64,000 nt of DNA from Dehalococcoidia bacterium (GCA_963665775.2 CAXXTF010000001.1:480001-544000), one strand, 5' to 3'; shown: positions 1 through 10,253, counted from the stretch's first letter. Program-made: numbers and translations. Notes: generated by a model not told the origin, from the sequence alone.

Positions 1-1
1 C

Positions 2-769
2 GGCACCACCGGCGAGGCGCCCACCCTCTCCCACGAGGAGAAGCTCAAACTCTTCGCCGAGGTGAAGCGGGCGGTGGACGGACGGGGCACCGTTATCGCC
101 GGCACCGGCACCTACAACACGGCCGAAAGCGTGGCCTTCTCGCGGGAGGCCGCCGGCGCCGGCGTCGACGGCTTCCTCCTCACCGTGCCGTACTACAACC
201 GGCCCACTCAGGAGGGGCTCTATCGTCACTTTGAGGCGATCGCCGGTGGTGCTCCGCTTCCCTGCATCCTCTATAACATTCCCGGCCGTACCGGCGTCAA
301 CATGACGGCGGAGACCACCCTCCGCCTCTCGCGCATCCCCAACATCGTCGGCGTGAAGGAGGCCTCCGGCGACCTCCTTCAGATCGCCCGCATCATCGCC
401 GACGCCCGCGATGGGTTCCACGTCTGGAGCGGCGACGACCAGATGACGCTGCCCATCCTGGCTGTGGGCGGCTACGGTGCGATCTGCGTCGTCTCTCACC
501 TGACCGGCGCCCAGATGCACGATATGATCGACTCCTTGCTCGCCGGTCGCGTCGAGCATGCCGCGGCCATCCACCGAGGGCTTCTGCCACTCATGACCAC
601 CCTGATGACCGAGGCCAGCAACCCGATCCCGATCAAGCACGCCCTTAACGGCATCGGCTTCCAGGTTGGCGCCCCTCGCCTGCCCCTGATCGAGCCCGAT
701 CAGGGCGCCGCCGAGCAGATCATGGCGGAGGTGCGCCGCCACCGCATCGACCTGTCCGTGGCCGTGTAG
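2..769 (+). CDS. dapA: 4-hydroxy-tetrahydrodipicolinate synthase, 5' truncated by window edge
   Basis: Frame open from position 2 (GTTGEAPTLS motif); PYYN, LYNIPGRTG and Schiff-base VKEA motifs. Confidence 0.93.
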   Translation, partial: GTTGEAPTLSHEEKLKLFAEVKRAVDGRGTVIAGTGTYNTAESVAFSREAAGAGVDGFLLTVPYYNRPTQEGLYRHFEAIAGGAPLPCILYNIPGRTGVNMTAETTLRLSRIPNIVGVKEASGDLLQIARIIADARDGFHVWSGDDQMTLPILAVGGYGAICVVSHLTGAQMHDMIDSLLAGRVEHAAAIHRGLLPLMTTLMTEASNPIPIKHALNGIGFQVGAPRLPLIEPDQGAAEQIMAEVRRHRIDLSVAV

Positions 770-851
770 CATGCTAAGGGCCCGCTTAGCCCCATGTAGG
801 CCCTCATACGCTGTCCCATGCGCGTCAGCCCCCTCCAGAGGCCCACCCTCT

Positions 852-880
852 TTGACCCCTGCCGCTGTGCTGGCTATCAT
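852..880 (+). promoter_or_regulatory. sigma70-type promoter for pepA
   Basis: TTGACC-17 nt-TATCAT. Confidence 0.6.
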
Positions 881-941
881 GGCCGTGCGTAGGCGAATAA
901 TGTCGTAAATCAAACGGATCCTCTCTTGGAAGGAGCGAGTC

Positions 942-2447
942 GTGGAGATCAAGGTCGAAGCAGGCGATATTGTCCAGCATCCGGCCAAGGCGATCATCGT
1001 CAACCTGTTCGACGGCGTGCGCAGCCCCGGCGGCGCCACGGGGGCGGTGGATAAAGCCCTGGGCGACGGCATCAGCCAACTCATCACTGAGGGCGAGATC
1101 AAGGGTAAAGGGGGCGAGCTCACCGTCATCCACTCCCTGGGCCGCTTGCCCTCGCCTCGGGTTCTGGTGGCCGGGCTGGGTAAGGATAGCGAGTTCAACC
1201 ACGGCACCATCCGCGATCTGACCGGCGCTGCCCTTCGGCGTCTGCGCGGCGCCGGCGCCTCCAGCGTGGCGACCATCCTCCATGGCGCCGGCATCGCTGG
1301 GCTGGAGCCCGAGGTCTCCGCTCAGGCGATCGCCGAGGGCGCGATTATGGGGTCGTACCGTTTCACCCGTCACAAGCAGAACGAGGATGATGGGAAGGAG
1401 ATCGACTCGCTCTCGATTGTAGAGTCCGATCAGTCGAAGCTAGAGGCGATCCGCCGGGGGGTGGAAAAGGGGCAGGTCATGGCTGACGCGGCGAACCACG
1501 CCCGCGATATGGCCAATGAGCCGGCCAACGTACTGACGCCCACGGCCATGGCGGAGCGGGCGCAAACCCTGGCTGCTGACGTCGGTCTGGACTGCCAGGT
1601 CCTGGAGCAAGAGGAGATGGAAGAGTTGGGCATGGGCGCCCTGCTGGGGGTGGCCGCCGGCTCAATACAGCCGCCCAGGTTCATCGTGTTGCGCTACCGG
1701 GGGAGGCCGGACAGCGACGAGACGTTGGGTCTTCTGGGGAAGGGGATCACCTTCGATTCTGGTGGCATTTCCATCAAGCCCGCCGCCGGAATGGAGGAGA
1801 TGAAGGGCGATATGTCTGGTGGCGCCGCCGTCATCGCCGCCATGTGGGCCCTGGGCAAGCTGCGGCCCGCCATCAACGTCACCGCTCTGGTTCCGGCTAC
1901 GGAGAACATGCCCTCCGGCTCTGCCACCAAGCCCGGCGACGTGCACCGCGCCATGAACGGCAAGACGATCGAGGTGATCAACACCGACGCCGAGGGTCGC
2001 CTCGTCCTGGCCGACGCCGTCTGCTACGCCCGCCGCGAGAAGCTCTCGCCCATCATCGATGTGGCCACCCTGACGGGCGCGATGCAGGTGGCCCTGGGGA
2101 CCTCCGCCACAGGCTTCATGGCCACCGAGGATGGCCTGGCCGGGGCCGTGACGGCGGCCGGTGACGACGCCGGCGAGATGATGTGGCGCTTCCCCCTCAT
2201 AGCCGAGTACAGCGAGAGCCTGAAGAGCGGCGTGGCGGACATCAAGAACACCGGCAACCGCTTCGGCGGGGCGATCAGCGCCGCCAAGTTCATCCAGTTC
2301 TTCGTGGAGGACACCCCCTGGGTGCACATAGACATGGCGCCAACGGACAACGTGGATACGGACAAGGGCGCTTGGGTGAAGGGGGCCACCGGCATCCCCA
2401 CACGGACGCTGGTCAACGTCATGCTGGGGATGGCGAAGGCGAAGTAG
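942..2447 (+). CDS. pepA: leucyl aminopeptidase (M17)
   Basis: GKGITFDSGG, MKGDMSG and NTDAEGRL motifs; AAGGAG SD. Confidence 0.95.
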   Translation: MEIKVEAGDIVQHPAKAIIVNLFDGVRSPGGATGAVDKALGDGISQLITEGEIKGKGGELTVIHSLGRLPSPRVLVAGLGKDSEFNHGTIRDLTGAALRRLRGAGASSVATILHGAGIAGLEPEVSAQAIAEGAIMGSYRFTRHKQNEDDGKEIDSLSIVESDQSKLEAIRRGVEKGQVMADAANHARDMANEPANVLTPTAMAERAQTLAADVGLDCQVLEQEEMEELGMGALLGVAAGSIQPPRFIVLRYRGRPDSDETLGLLGKGITFDSGGISIKPAAGMEEMKGDMSGGAAVIAAMWALGKLRPAINVTALVPATENMPSGSATKPGDVHRAMNGKTIEVINTDAEGRLVLADAVCYARREKLSPIIDVATLTGAMQVALGTSATGFMATEDGLAGAVTAAGDDAGEMMWRFPLIAEYSESLKSGVADIKNTGNRFGGAISAAKFIQFFVEDTPWVHIDMAPTDNVDTDKGAWVKGATGIPTRTLVNVMLGMAKAK

Positions 2448-2487
2448 GCCCGTCTGCCGCGTCCGCCGCGGCCCCGCAGATGCGCCC

Positions 2488-3300
2488 CTAGGCCTTGCTG
2501 GCGACGATCAGCAACCAGTTGCGGGGCGAGCTCGTGAGGCCGAGGTCGGCGAAGGCTTCGCGGGCCCCCTCCTTGAGCGCCTCGCTCCCCTCTTTCAGAG
2601 GGACCCCGGGCAGGACCCCCTCAATCCAGAGGCTGTACTCGCTGATGTCCTCCAACGCCTTCAGGGACATCTTGACCTGTACTACCTCTTTCTCCTTCAC
2701 CCGGAACCCGTGATCTCTCAGCAGCTGCAGGTACTCTTCCTCGCTGAGGCGGACTCGCGCTTCCACCTTGTGGCGCTCGGGCGTCAGGTCATAGCGTCTC
2801 TTGAGAACCCGCATGGCCCTCATCATCCAGCGGCGATAGAACTGCTCCGCCTCCGGCGGCTCCGCTCCCTGGTAGAAGGAGGTGTTGAAGGAGAAGGTGC
2901 CGCCTTGCCGCAGGGTGCCTGCCACCTCCTTCATCGCTTCGGCCTTCTCCCTAACGAGGTGGATGGCGTTGCAGAAGAAAACGGCGTCGGCGGGGCGGCG
3001 GACCAGCAGGGAGAGCTTCTCGCCCCTCCCATGTACGAAGCTCACTACGGCGCCGCGGATGTTCTCCAGGTTGCGGCGGGCCATGTCCAAGGCCGACTCC
3101 GACGGCTCCACCGCGATCACCTCGGCCCCGGGACTGGAGGCCACCTCTGCCACCAACAGGCGGGTTACGGTGCCCGTGCCGGCGCCCAGGTCCACCACTA
3201 GCTGACCCGGCCGCAGGGCGGCCAGGGCTATCAGCCTCCGGTTCACCTCTTGGTAGAAGGGGTGTTGGGCGAACTTATCTAGAGTGAATGCCTCCGGCAT
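2488..3300 (-). CDS. class I SAM-dependent methyltransferase
   Basis: VVDLGAGTG motif I; start placed at ATG 3300 behind AAGGAGG rather than 3393. Confidence 0.8.
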   Translation of the reverse strand: MPEAFTLDKFAQHPFYQEVNRRLIALAALRPGQLVVDLGAGTGTVTRLLVAEVASSPGAEVIAVEPSESALDMARRNLENIRGAVVSFVHGRGEKLSLLVRRPADAVFFCNAIHLVREKAEAMKEVAGTLRQGGTFSFNTSFYQGAEPPEAEQFYRRWMMRAMRVLKRRYDLTPERHKVEARVRLSEEEYLQLLRDHGFRVKEKEVVQVKMSLKALEDISEYSLWIEGVLPGVPLKEGSEALKEGAREAFADLGLTSSPRNWLLIVASKA

Positions 3301-3495
3301 AGCCGTCCTCCTTATGGCCTCATCGCTCTGGCGGCGCCATCCTCCAGCGGGGCTTATCTCTGGTGGCGCATTCCCCTGATCCTCCTCGTGCATACCTGAG
3401 TTTACGCTAAATCTGATCTTACTGGCTATTCGGCCCGATAACTGCCCTGGTTCGTAAGTGTGACATGATGGTGAAACGCTTGACAGCGCCTCATT

Positions 3496-4701
3496 TTACC
3501 GCCGGGCCTTCCCCTCCAGCATCTGAACGACCCTATCGAGGATACGGCCCGCGACATCGTACTTGGACATGAGTGGAAGGTCATCCTCGTCGCCGTCAGG
3601 GCTCAGGAGCGTCACCTTATTGGTGTCGGTGCCGAAGCCGGAGCCCTCGGCGGCGATGTTGTTGGCGGCGATGAGGTCCAGCCTCTTGGCCTGGAGCTTC
3701 TGGCGCGCGTTGGCCAGCAGCTCCTCGCTCTCGGCGGCGAAGCCCACCTTCACCAACCCGTCCGGTACCTCCAACAGGAAGTCGGGATTCTTGACGAGAT
3801 CCAGGGCCCAGCGCTCGGGCCCCTTCTTCACCTTCTGTTCGGCCCGCTCTGCCGGTCGGTAATCGGACACCGCCGCGGCCATGATGAGGACATCGGCCTC
3901 CCGGCAGGCGGCCAGCACGGCCTCGCGCATCTGGGCTACTGTCTCCACCGGCGCCAACGCCACGCCGTAGGGGCAGGGCATAGTAGTCACCGTGGACACC
4001 AGCGAAACGTCAGCGCCGCGGTCGCGGGCGGCCTCGGCCAGGGCGAAGCCCATCTTGCCCGAAGAGTGGTTGCTGATGAACCGCACCGGGTCGATGGCCT
4101 CCCGGGTGCCGCCGGCGCTCACCACGACCTTCTTACCCGCCAGATCGCCGTCCCTGCCCAGCGCCTGTCTGACGGCTCCCAGGATGGTCTCGACCTCCGA
4201 CAGGCGGCCACGTCCCATCTGCCCCGAGGCCAGACGCCCCTCCTCCGGCCCGACGATGTGAACGCCGCGGGCCCGCAGAATCTCCAGGTTGGCCTGGGTA
4301 GCGGCATGCTCGAACATCTGCGAGTCCATCGCTGGGCAGACGACCATGGGAGCGCGGGTGGCCAGGGCCGTGAGGCTGACCATCTCCTCGGCTAGGCCCA
4401 GGGCCAGGCGGGCCAGGCTAGTGGCCGCGGCGGGCGCCACTACCAGGATATCGGCCCGGCGGGCCAGCTCTATGTGTAGCTCGGCGGCGCCGGGGGGCGT
4501 GTCGAACATATCGCTGTAGGCGCGGCGACCGGTAACGCCCTCGAAAGTGAGAGGCGAGACGAAGCGAGTGGCTTCCGAACTCATTACCACGTCCACTCTG
4601 GCCCCGGCCTGGGTCAGCTTGCTGGCCAGATCCGCCGTCTTATATGCGGCGATGCTGCCGGTCACCCCCAGTACCACGTTTCGCTCGGTCAGGTTGTACA
4701 T
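3496..4701 (-). CDS. coaBC: phosphopantothenoylcysteine decarboxylase/ligase
   Basis: [41 protein letters not shown] and GFAAE motifs; start at ATG 4701. Confidence 0.95.
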   Translation of the reverse strand: MYNLTERNVVLGVTGSIAAYKTADLASKLTQAGARVDVVMSSEATRFVSPLTFEGVTGRRAYSDMFDTPPGAAELHIELARRADILVVAPAAATSLARLALGLAEEMVSLTALATRAPMVVCPAMDSQMFEHAATQANLEILRARGVHIVGPEEGRLASGQMGRGRLSEVETILGAVRQALGRDGDLAGKKVVVSAGGTREAIDPVRFISNHSSGKMGFALAEAARDRGADVSLVSTVTTMPCPYGVALAPVETVAQMREAVLAACREADVLIMAAAVSDYRPAERAEQKVKKGPERWALDLVKNPDFLLEVPDGLVKVGFAAESEELLANARQKLQAKRLDLIAANNIAAEGSGFGTDTNKVTLLSPDGDEDDLPLMSKYDVAGRILDRVVQMLEGKARR

Positions 4702-4748
4702 CTGCTCTCCCCAATGCCGGGGCGGCGCTCCGGAAGGTATCCTTCCGT

Positions 4749-5528
4749 CTATCCGCGGTTCATATCGTAGATGATGCGCAGCCCCTCCAGGGTCAGGTCC
4801 ATGTTCACGGCATCGATGGCCTTGGTCTCGCGGGCGATGAGACCGGCGTAGCCGCCGGTGGCGATGACCTTGGCTTGGCCGCCCAGCTCTTCCCGGAAGC
4901 GGGCGACGATCCCCTCTACCAGGCCCACGTACCCGAACAGGATGCCCGACTGCATGGCGGCCACCGTATTGCGGCCAATGGCCGACGCGGGACGGCTGAG
5001 CTCCACTCGGTACAGCTTGGCCGTACGCTGGAACAGCGCCTCGGCCGCGATGCCCAGGCCGGGCGCCAGGGCCCCGCCCACGTAGTCCCCCTCCTTGCCG
5101 ATGGCGTCGAACACGGTGGCGGTTCCCATGTCTACCACTATCAGCGGCGCTCCGTAAGAGCGGATCGCCGCCACGGCGTCGGCCACCCGGTCGGCGCCCA
5201 CATCCCTGGGTGCGTCGTAGAGGACGCGCAGGCCAGTGCGCACGCCGGTCCCTATCGCCAGCGGTCTGGTCTTGAAGTAGCGGCGGCACACCCCGTCGAA
5301 GACGGGCTCTAGGTCCGGTACCACACAGGCCATCACGGCACCATCTATATTCTCCGGCGTGATCCCTTCCTGCGCTAGGAGGTTCAGCATCAGTATCCCG
5401 TACTCGTCGGGCAGCTTGCTCAGGTCTGTGGCGAAGCGCCAGGTAGCACGCAGGGAAGCGTCATCGAAGACGCCCAGCGTGACGTTGCTGTTACCTACAT
5501 CCATGGCTAGAAGCACGAAGCGTTTCAC
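4749..5528 (-). CDS. coaX: type III pantothenate kinase
   Basis: DVGNS, VGADR and DMGTAT motifs. Confidence 0.93.
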   Translation of the reverse strand: MKRFVLLAMDVGNSNVTLGVFDDASLRATWRFATDLSKLPDEYGILMLNLLAQEGITPENIDGAVMACVVPDLEPVFDGVCRRYFKTRPLAIGTGVRTGLRVLYDAPRDVGADRVADAVAAIRSYGAPLIVVDMGTATVFDAIGKEGDYVGGALAPGLGIAAEALFQRTAKLYRVELSRPASAIGRNTVAAMQSGILFGYVGLVEGIVARFREELGGQAKVIATGGYAGLIARETKAIDAVNMDLTLEGLRIIYDMNRG

Positions 5529-5549
5529 CTCCGGGGCGACGGCCTACAC

Positions 5550-5578
5550 ATTATATGCGCGACTACGAACGCCAGCAA
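5550..5578 (-). promoter_or_regulatory. putative promoter for coaX-coaBC
   Basis: Minus strand TTGCTG-17 nt-TATAAT. Confidence 0.5.
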
Positions 5579-5608
5579 CGATGCCGGGGGCTACGGCCGG
5601 GCAACCGT

Positions 5609-6967
5609 CTATTCCCGCTGGCGCCAGCGGGTGCCCTCCGGCACGTCCTCCAGGGTGATGCTGAGCTCGCTCAGGCCGGTGCGTACGCTGTCGGCCAGGT
5701 CGTACAGCTTGCGGCTGCGGAGCTCCTTGCGGAGCTCGATGAGAAGGTCGATGAACGGCCCGACGGCAGCGGTTCCCTCAGGCTCCCGCAGGGTGAGGCC
5801 GAGGACGCCGGCCAGCTCGTTGAGGGTGCTCTGGGCGTCATCGACAGTGCGCCCCTCGTCGCGGGCGCGGTTGATGTCGCGGGTCAGGTCGAAGAGGGCG
5901 GCCAGGGCGCCGGCGGCGTTGAGGTCGTCGTCCATCGCCTTGATGAAGCGCTGGCGGGCAGGCTCAGGGTCCACCGTGGGCTGGCCCTGGCCGCCGGGAA
6001 GGGAGGCGGCGAGGCGCAGCCGCTCGGCGGCGCGCTTGGCGGCCGTCAGCGCCTCCTCGGAGTATGTGAGGGGGGCCCGATAGTGGGAGGTGAGGACGAA
6101 GATGCGCACGCCGTCAGAACCGTACTGATCGAGACTTTCGCGGATAGTGATGATGTTGCCCAGGGACTTGCTCATCTTCTCCTGGTCCAGGAAGAGCCAG
6201 CCGTTGTGGACCCAGTGGCGGACGGAGGGCTGGACGCCGGTGGACGCCTCACTCTGGGCGATCTCGTTCTCGTGGTGGGGGAAGATAAGGTCCTGACCGC
6301 CGCCGTGGATGTCCATGGTCTGGCCCAGATAGCGGAGCGACATGGCGGAGCATTCGATGTGCCAGCCCGGACGGCCCGGCCCCCAGGGGCTATCCCAGGC
6401 GGGCTCGCCGGGCTTGGCGGCCTTCCAGAGGGCGAAGTCGGCGGGGTGCACCTTCTTTTCGCTGACCTCCACACGGGTGCCGGCGATCATGCTATCGATG
6501 TCGCGGCCGGAGAGCTTGCCATAATCGGCCTTCTTCAGGACGCGGTAGTAGACGTCGCCGTCCGCCTGATAGGCGTACTCCTTCTCGATGAGGCTGGAGA
6601 CCATTTCGATGATCTGGGGTATCTCCTGTGTGACCCGAGGGTAGACGTGGGCGGGGATGATGTTCATCTCCCCCATCTCCTCTTCGTACTCGTCGATGAA
6701 GCGCTGGGCCAGCTCGTCGAAGCTGAGCCCCTGGGCGTTGGCGCGGGCGATGATCCGGTCGTCGATGTCGGTGTAGTTCTGGACGTGGCGGACCTGGTAG
6801 CCGCGGAACTCCAGGTAGCGGCGGAGGACATCGAAGATAACGTAGCTCATGGCGTGGCCCAGGTGAGCGTGGTCGTAAGGGGTGATGCCACAGACGTACA
6901 TCTTGACCTCGTCGCCGGCGGGGGCGAACTCCTCCCGGCGGCGGGTCATCGTGTTGTAGAGCTTCAC
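5609..6967 (-). CDS. cysS: cysteinyl-tRNA synthetase
   Basis: CGITPY/HLGH, GRPGWHIECSAM and KMSKS motifs; GTG start at 6967 with GAGGAG SD. Confidence 0.96.
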   Translation of the reverse strand: MKLYNTMTRRREEFAPAGDEVKMYVCGITPYDHAHLGHAMSYVIFDVLRRYLEFRGYQVRHVQNYTDIDDRIIARANAQGLSFDELAQRFIDEYEEEMGEMNIIPAHVYPRVTQEIPQIIEMVSSLIEKEYAYQADGDVYYRVLKKADYGKLSGRDIDSMIAGTRVEVSEKKVHPADFALWKAAKPGEPAWDSPWGPGRPGWHIECSAMSLRYLGQTMDIHGGGQDLIFPHHENEIAQSEASTGVQPSVRHWVHNGWLFLDQEKMSKSLGNIITIRESLDQYGSDGVRIFVLTSHYRAPLTYSEEALTAAKRAAERLRLAASLPGGQGQPTVDPEPARQRFIKAMDDDLNAAGALAALFDLTRDINRARDEGRTVDDAQSTLNELAGVLGLTLREPEGTAAVGPFIDLLIELRKELRSRKLYDLADSVRTGLSELSITLEDVPEGTRWRQRE

Positions 6968-6969
6968 GA

Positions 6970-7641
6970 CTACTCCTCGTCGATGGGAACGGAGGCTGGT
7001 TGCGCTTCGCCGCCTTCTAGCTGAGCGATGCGTCCCTCCAGCTGGGCGATGCGGTTCTCCAGACGCTGGATGATGTCCCACTCCGGGTCTGGAAGACGGA
7101 GGATAGTGTCATCGCCCGGGTCGGCGTAGGCGACGATGTGGCCGGGGACGCCCACCACGGTGGCGTTGGCCGGGACGTTGGTGACGACTACGGAGCCGGC
7201 ACCGATCTTGCTGTTATCGCCGATGGTGACGGCGCCGATGATCTTGGCGCCGGCGCCTACGACGACCCTGTGACCCAGGGTGGGGTGGCGCTTGGCGCGG
7301 CGGGTGCTGGTGCCGCCCAGGGTGACGCCCTGGAAGAGGTGGCAGTCGTCGCCGATGACGGTGGTCTCGCCGATGACCAGCCCCATGCCGTGGTCGATGA
7401 AAAACCCCTCGCCGATGCGTGCGCCGGGATGGATCTCGATGCCGGTGAGGGCGCGGCCGAGATGGGAGATGACGCGGGCCGGGAGACAGATGCCCCCGTT
7501 GTGGAGGGTGTGGGCCAAGCGGTGGATCTGGCGGGCGTGGAAGCCCGGGTAGGTCAGGATGACCTCCAAGGAACTGGTAGCGGCGGGATCACGCTGCCGC
7601 GCTGTCCGGATATCTTTCTTAATGCTTTGCAGGAGCCCCAT
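6970..7641 (-). CDS. cysE: serine O-acetyltransferase
   Basis: [24 protein letters not shown] hexapeptide-repeat region. Confidence 0.95.
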   Translation of the reverse strand: MGLLQSIKKDIRTARQRDPAATSSLEVILTYPGFHARQIHRLAHTLHNGGICLPARVISHLGRALTGIEIHPGARIGEGFFIDHGMGLVIGETTVIGDDCHLFQGVTLGGTSTRRAKRHPTLGHRVVVGAGAKIIGAVTIGDNSKIGAGSVVVTNVPANATVVGVPGHIVAYADPGDDTILRLPDPEWDIIQRLENRIAQLEGRIAQLEGGEAQPASVPIDEE

Positions 7642-7659
7642 GGGCTCTCCTTACCCTTC

Positions 7660-7802
7660 TGCGATAACGGCCGACCGTATGGTCGCCCGGGGCCGAATCA
7701 AGTCCCAGCCGTCGGCACTGGCCCTGACATCCCGGTCGGGGCCCGGCTACGGGCGCAGGCCAGGCGGACGTTCTGCCCCGGGGACGGGGGGCCGAGCTCG
7801 CA
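7660..7802 (-). ncRNA. putative structured 5' leader of cysE-cysS
   Basis: Nested complementary segments read by eye; TATAAT at 7823-7818 upstream; no known family recognised. Confidence 0.35.
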
Positions 7803-7818
7803 ATCTTCACGGCATCTA

Positions 7819-8295
7819 TTATAGCGATTCGTTGAGTAAGGCCACAGCCAGGGCGGCGATCCCCTCGCCGTGGCCCAGGGCGCCGATCCCCTCGTTGGTG
7901 GTTGCCTTAACGTTCACTCGGTCCGGTGGCGCCCCAAGCGTATCGGCGATTCGCTCGCGCATCCCGGCCAGGTGAGGGGCTAAGCGCGGCCTCTCGGCGA
8001 TGACGGTGGCGTCCACCGATTCCACCCTCAGGCCAGCCTCCGTCACCATGGCCAGGGCGCCGGCCAGGAGCTCCAGGCTGTCGGCGTCCCGGTAGGCGGG
8101 GTCGTCCGCCGGGAAGTGCTGGCCGATGTCCCCAAGGCCGGCGGCGCCCAGCAGGGCGTCGATGATGGCGTGCAGGAGGACGTCGGCGTCGCTGTGCCCC
8201 CCCAGGCCGGTCTCGCCGGGGATGGGGACGCCCCCCAACACCAGGGGCCGTCCCTCCTCGAACCTGTGGATATCGTAGCCGATGCCTATGCGCAT
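7819..8295 (-). CDS. ispF: 2-C-methyl-D-erythritol 2,4-cyclodiphosphate synthase
   Basis: [25 protein letters not shown] and VKATT motifs. Confidence 0.96.
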   Translation of the reverse strand: MRIGIGYDIHRFEEGRPLVLGGVPIPGETGLGGHSDADVLLHAIIDALLGAAGLGDIGQHFPADDPAYRDADSLELLAGALAMVTEAGLRVESVDATVIAERPRLAPHLAGMRERIADTLGAPPDRVNVKATTNEGIGALGHGEGIAALAVALLNESL

Positions 8296-8304
8296 GGGGA
8301 GAGC

Positions 8305-9054
8305 TCAGAGAGCGGCGGGAGCCGCCGACGCGGCCAGGATAGCCTCGGCTAGCGTCAGGTCCTCTGGGGTGGTTATCTTCAGGTTGAGGCGGGAGCCCGG
8401 GAATATCCGGACAGGCAGGCCCAACGCCTCCAGCATGGCGGCATCGTCGGTGGCGTCCGCTGTGACCTCCTGGTGGGCGCGCAGGAGGAGGTCGTAGCGG
8501 AAGATCTGGGGGGTTTGGACGGCCCATAATCGGCTGCGGTCCAGGGTGCGGAGAACCATGGCGTCTGGTCCGGCCTCCTTCACTGTGTCGGCCAGGGGTA
8601 GGGCCGGGACGGCGGCGCCGGTATCGCCGGCGGCTTCCAGTCCCCGCAGGATGAGATCGGGCGTAATCAAGGGGCGGGCGCCGTCGTGGACGGCCACCCA
8701 CTGGCAGGGCCCAAGCGCCTCCACGCCCAGGCGAACGGAGTCCTGCCGGCGGGGCCCGCCGCCGCAGACCCGCCGCACCTTGTCAAAGCCGTGCTCCTGC
8801 ACGAAGCGCCGCCCTCGCTCGAGCTTCCTTGCCGGGAGAACCAGCACCATGCGCTGCACGGCGTCGCATTCCTGGAAAGCGGCCAGGGCGTGGGCCAGGA
8901 CTGGGCGCCCTCCCAGGGGGACGAATAGCTTATCGAGGGCCTGCCCCGAGCCGGCCTGCCCTAAGCCAAGCCGATCGGTCGAAGGGCGGCCCATGCGGCT
9001 GCCGCTGCCGGCGGCGACGATCACGGCTCCCAGGGAGGCTGCAGACTCAGGCAT
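8305..9054 (-). CDS. ispD: 2-C-methyl-D-erythritol 4-phosphate cytidylyltransferase, with a 16-aa insert
   Basis: AAGSGSRMG, RQDSV, HDGARP, QTPQ, TDDA and KITTPEDL motifs. Confidence 0.94.
   Translation of the reverse strand: MPESAASLGAVIVAAGSGSRMGRPSTDRLGLGQAGSGQALDKLFVPLGGRPVLAHALAAFQECDAVQRMVLVLPARKLERGRRFVQEHGFDKVRRVCGGGPRRQDSVRLGVEALGPCQWVAVHDGARPLITPDLILRGLEAAGDTGAAVPALPLADTVKEAGPDAMVLRTLDRSRLWAVQTPQIFRYDLLLRAHQEVTADATDDAAMLEALGLPVRIFPGSRLNLKITTPEDLTLAEAILAASAAPAAL
8939..8986 (-). repeat. degenerate doubled (48-bp) copy of the 24-bp in-frame mini-element
   Basis: + strand GCCTGCCCCGAGCC...GCCTGCCCTAAGCC...GTCGAAGGG; encodes PSTDRLGLGQAGSGQA. Confidence 0.65.
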
Positions 9055-9063
9055 GGCAGTCGT

Positions 9064-10116
9064 TCAGGCTCCCTTGGGCTGGGCGAAGATCATGCGGCCG
9101 GCGACGGTCTGGAGGACGCGGGTGACGGTGACGTCCAGCTGCTCGTTCAGGTGGCTGTGGCCCCCATTCACCACGACCATGGTGCCGTCGTCCAGGAAGC
9201 CGACGCCCTGGCCCATCTCTTTGCCTTCCTGGATAATGTGCACGGCCATCTCCTCGCCGGGAAGGATGATCGCTTTGACGGCGTTAGTGAGGCTGTTCAC
9301 GTTGAGGACCTGGACGTTCTCCAGCTCGGCGATGCGGTTCAGGTTGAAGTCGTTGGTTAGGAGAGGGGCGCCCAGCTTGTTACACAGGCGGACAAGTTTA
9401 GCGTCCACGTCCTGCGCGTCCGGGAAGTCGTCATCGGCGATGCGGATCGGCAGAGGCTCCTCCTTTCGCAGGCGAGAGAGAAGCTCAAGGCCGCGGCGGC
9501 CGCGGTTCCGACGGAGGTCGTCCGGCGAGTCGGCAACGTAGCGCAGCTCGTCCAGGACGAAGCGAGGGATGACAAGGCTGCCCTGGAGGAAGCCGGTGGC
9601 GGCGATATCGGCCATTCGGCCATCGATGATAGCGCTCGTATCGATGACGATCTCGCGGGAGGCAGTGTTCATCTGACCCGCGCTGGGCGCATAGCGCCCC
9701 AGGAAGACGGCGAACTCTTCCTCGCGGCCGACCATGATGGCGACGCCCACGATGCCCAGGATAAAGCTGACGACGAAGGGGGCGATGAGGCCGCCTATAC
9801 CGGGTAGGGTTAGCAGGGCGGGCGAGAGCAAAGCGCCGACAAGAAGGCCCGCGAGCAGACCGGCGGTTCCCAGGATCAGTTGAGCGGGCTGGATCTCCCG
9901 TGCCCACTCCTGGAGCCTTCCCAGCAGCGGCAAGAGAATCAGGGGTGTGGCAAGAGCACCGAAGAGGGTGAACCCCACAGGCGTAACTGTCCAGAAAAGG
10001 ATGCGTACCAGCCCCTCGTCTCCTTCGGCCAGGGCGTTGCCAGTGCGCCATCCCAGGAATCCAAAGAAGATAGCCCCAATGACGCGGGTGATGAGGGTCA
10101 GATCGCGCCTGATCAC
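9064..10116 (-). CDS. membrane PIN/TRAM domain protein (YacL family)
   Basis: N-terminal TM helices; IDTSAIIDGR, RGRRGL, TNDFNL and GKEMGQGVGFLDDGTMVVV motifs; sits upstream of ispDF. Confidence 0.9.
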   Translation of the reverse strand: MIRRDLTLITRVIGAIFFGFLGWRTGNALAEGDEGLVRILFWTVTPVGFTLFGALATPLILLPLLGRLQEWAREIQPAQLILGTAGLLAGLLVGALLSPALLTLPGIGGLIAPFVVSFILGIVGVAIMVGREEEFAVFLGRYAPSAGQMNTASREIVIDTSAIIDGRMADIAATGFLQGSLVIPRFVLDELRYVADSPDDLRRNRGRRGLELLSRLRKEEPLPIRIADDDFPDAQDVDAKLVRLCNKLGAPLLTNDFNLNRIAELENVQVLNVNSLTNAVKAIILPGEEMAVHIIQEGKEMGQGVGFLDDGTMVVVNGGHSHLNEQLDVTVTRVLQTVAGRMIFAQPKGA

Positions 10117-10224
10117 GAGATGGTGATTCCTCTCCGCTGCCAGATTAGATTAAATGAGGGACGTGTCCAGGGCGACACCTCCCTCTGGCCGCGACCGCTG
10201 GCGGCGTGACTGTAGCCTGGCCGC

Positions 10225-10253
10225 AGTATAGCAGCGGCCTATTCGGCTGTCAA
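10225..10253 (-). promoter_or_regulatory. sigma70-type promoter for the yacL-ispDF operon
   Basis: Minus strand TTGACA-17 nt-TATACT. Confidence 0.7.

Noticed and set aside
773-790. GCTAAG/CTTAGC hairpin after dapA as a terminator
   Set aside because: Weak 6-bp stem with no U-tract
3395-3495. TGTGA and TTGACA motifs as a CRP site or promoter
   Set aside because: No matching TCACA half-site and no properly spaced -10
3496-5289. 597-aa CoaBC with N-terminal extension or CoaX fusion
   Set aside because: The extension is an off-frame overlap of coaX; the true start is ATG 4701 with an SD
5555-7024. Long antisense ORFs here and opposite rpoB/rpoC, the CoA-transferases, secY and the transposase
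   Set aside because: Shadow frames expected from high-GC codon bias; no recognisable motifs or SD sequences
7642-7818. Canonical Cys T-box
   Set aside because: No UGGNACC antiterminator bulge or terminator U-tract found
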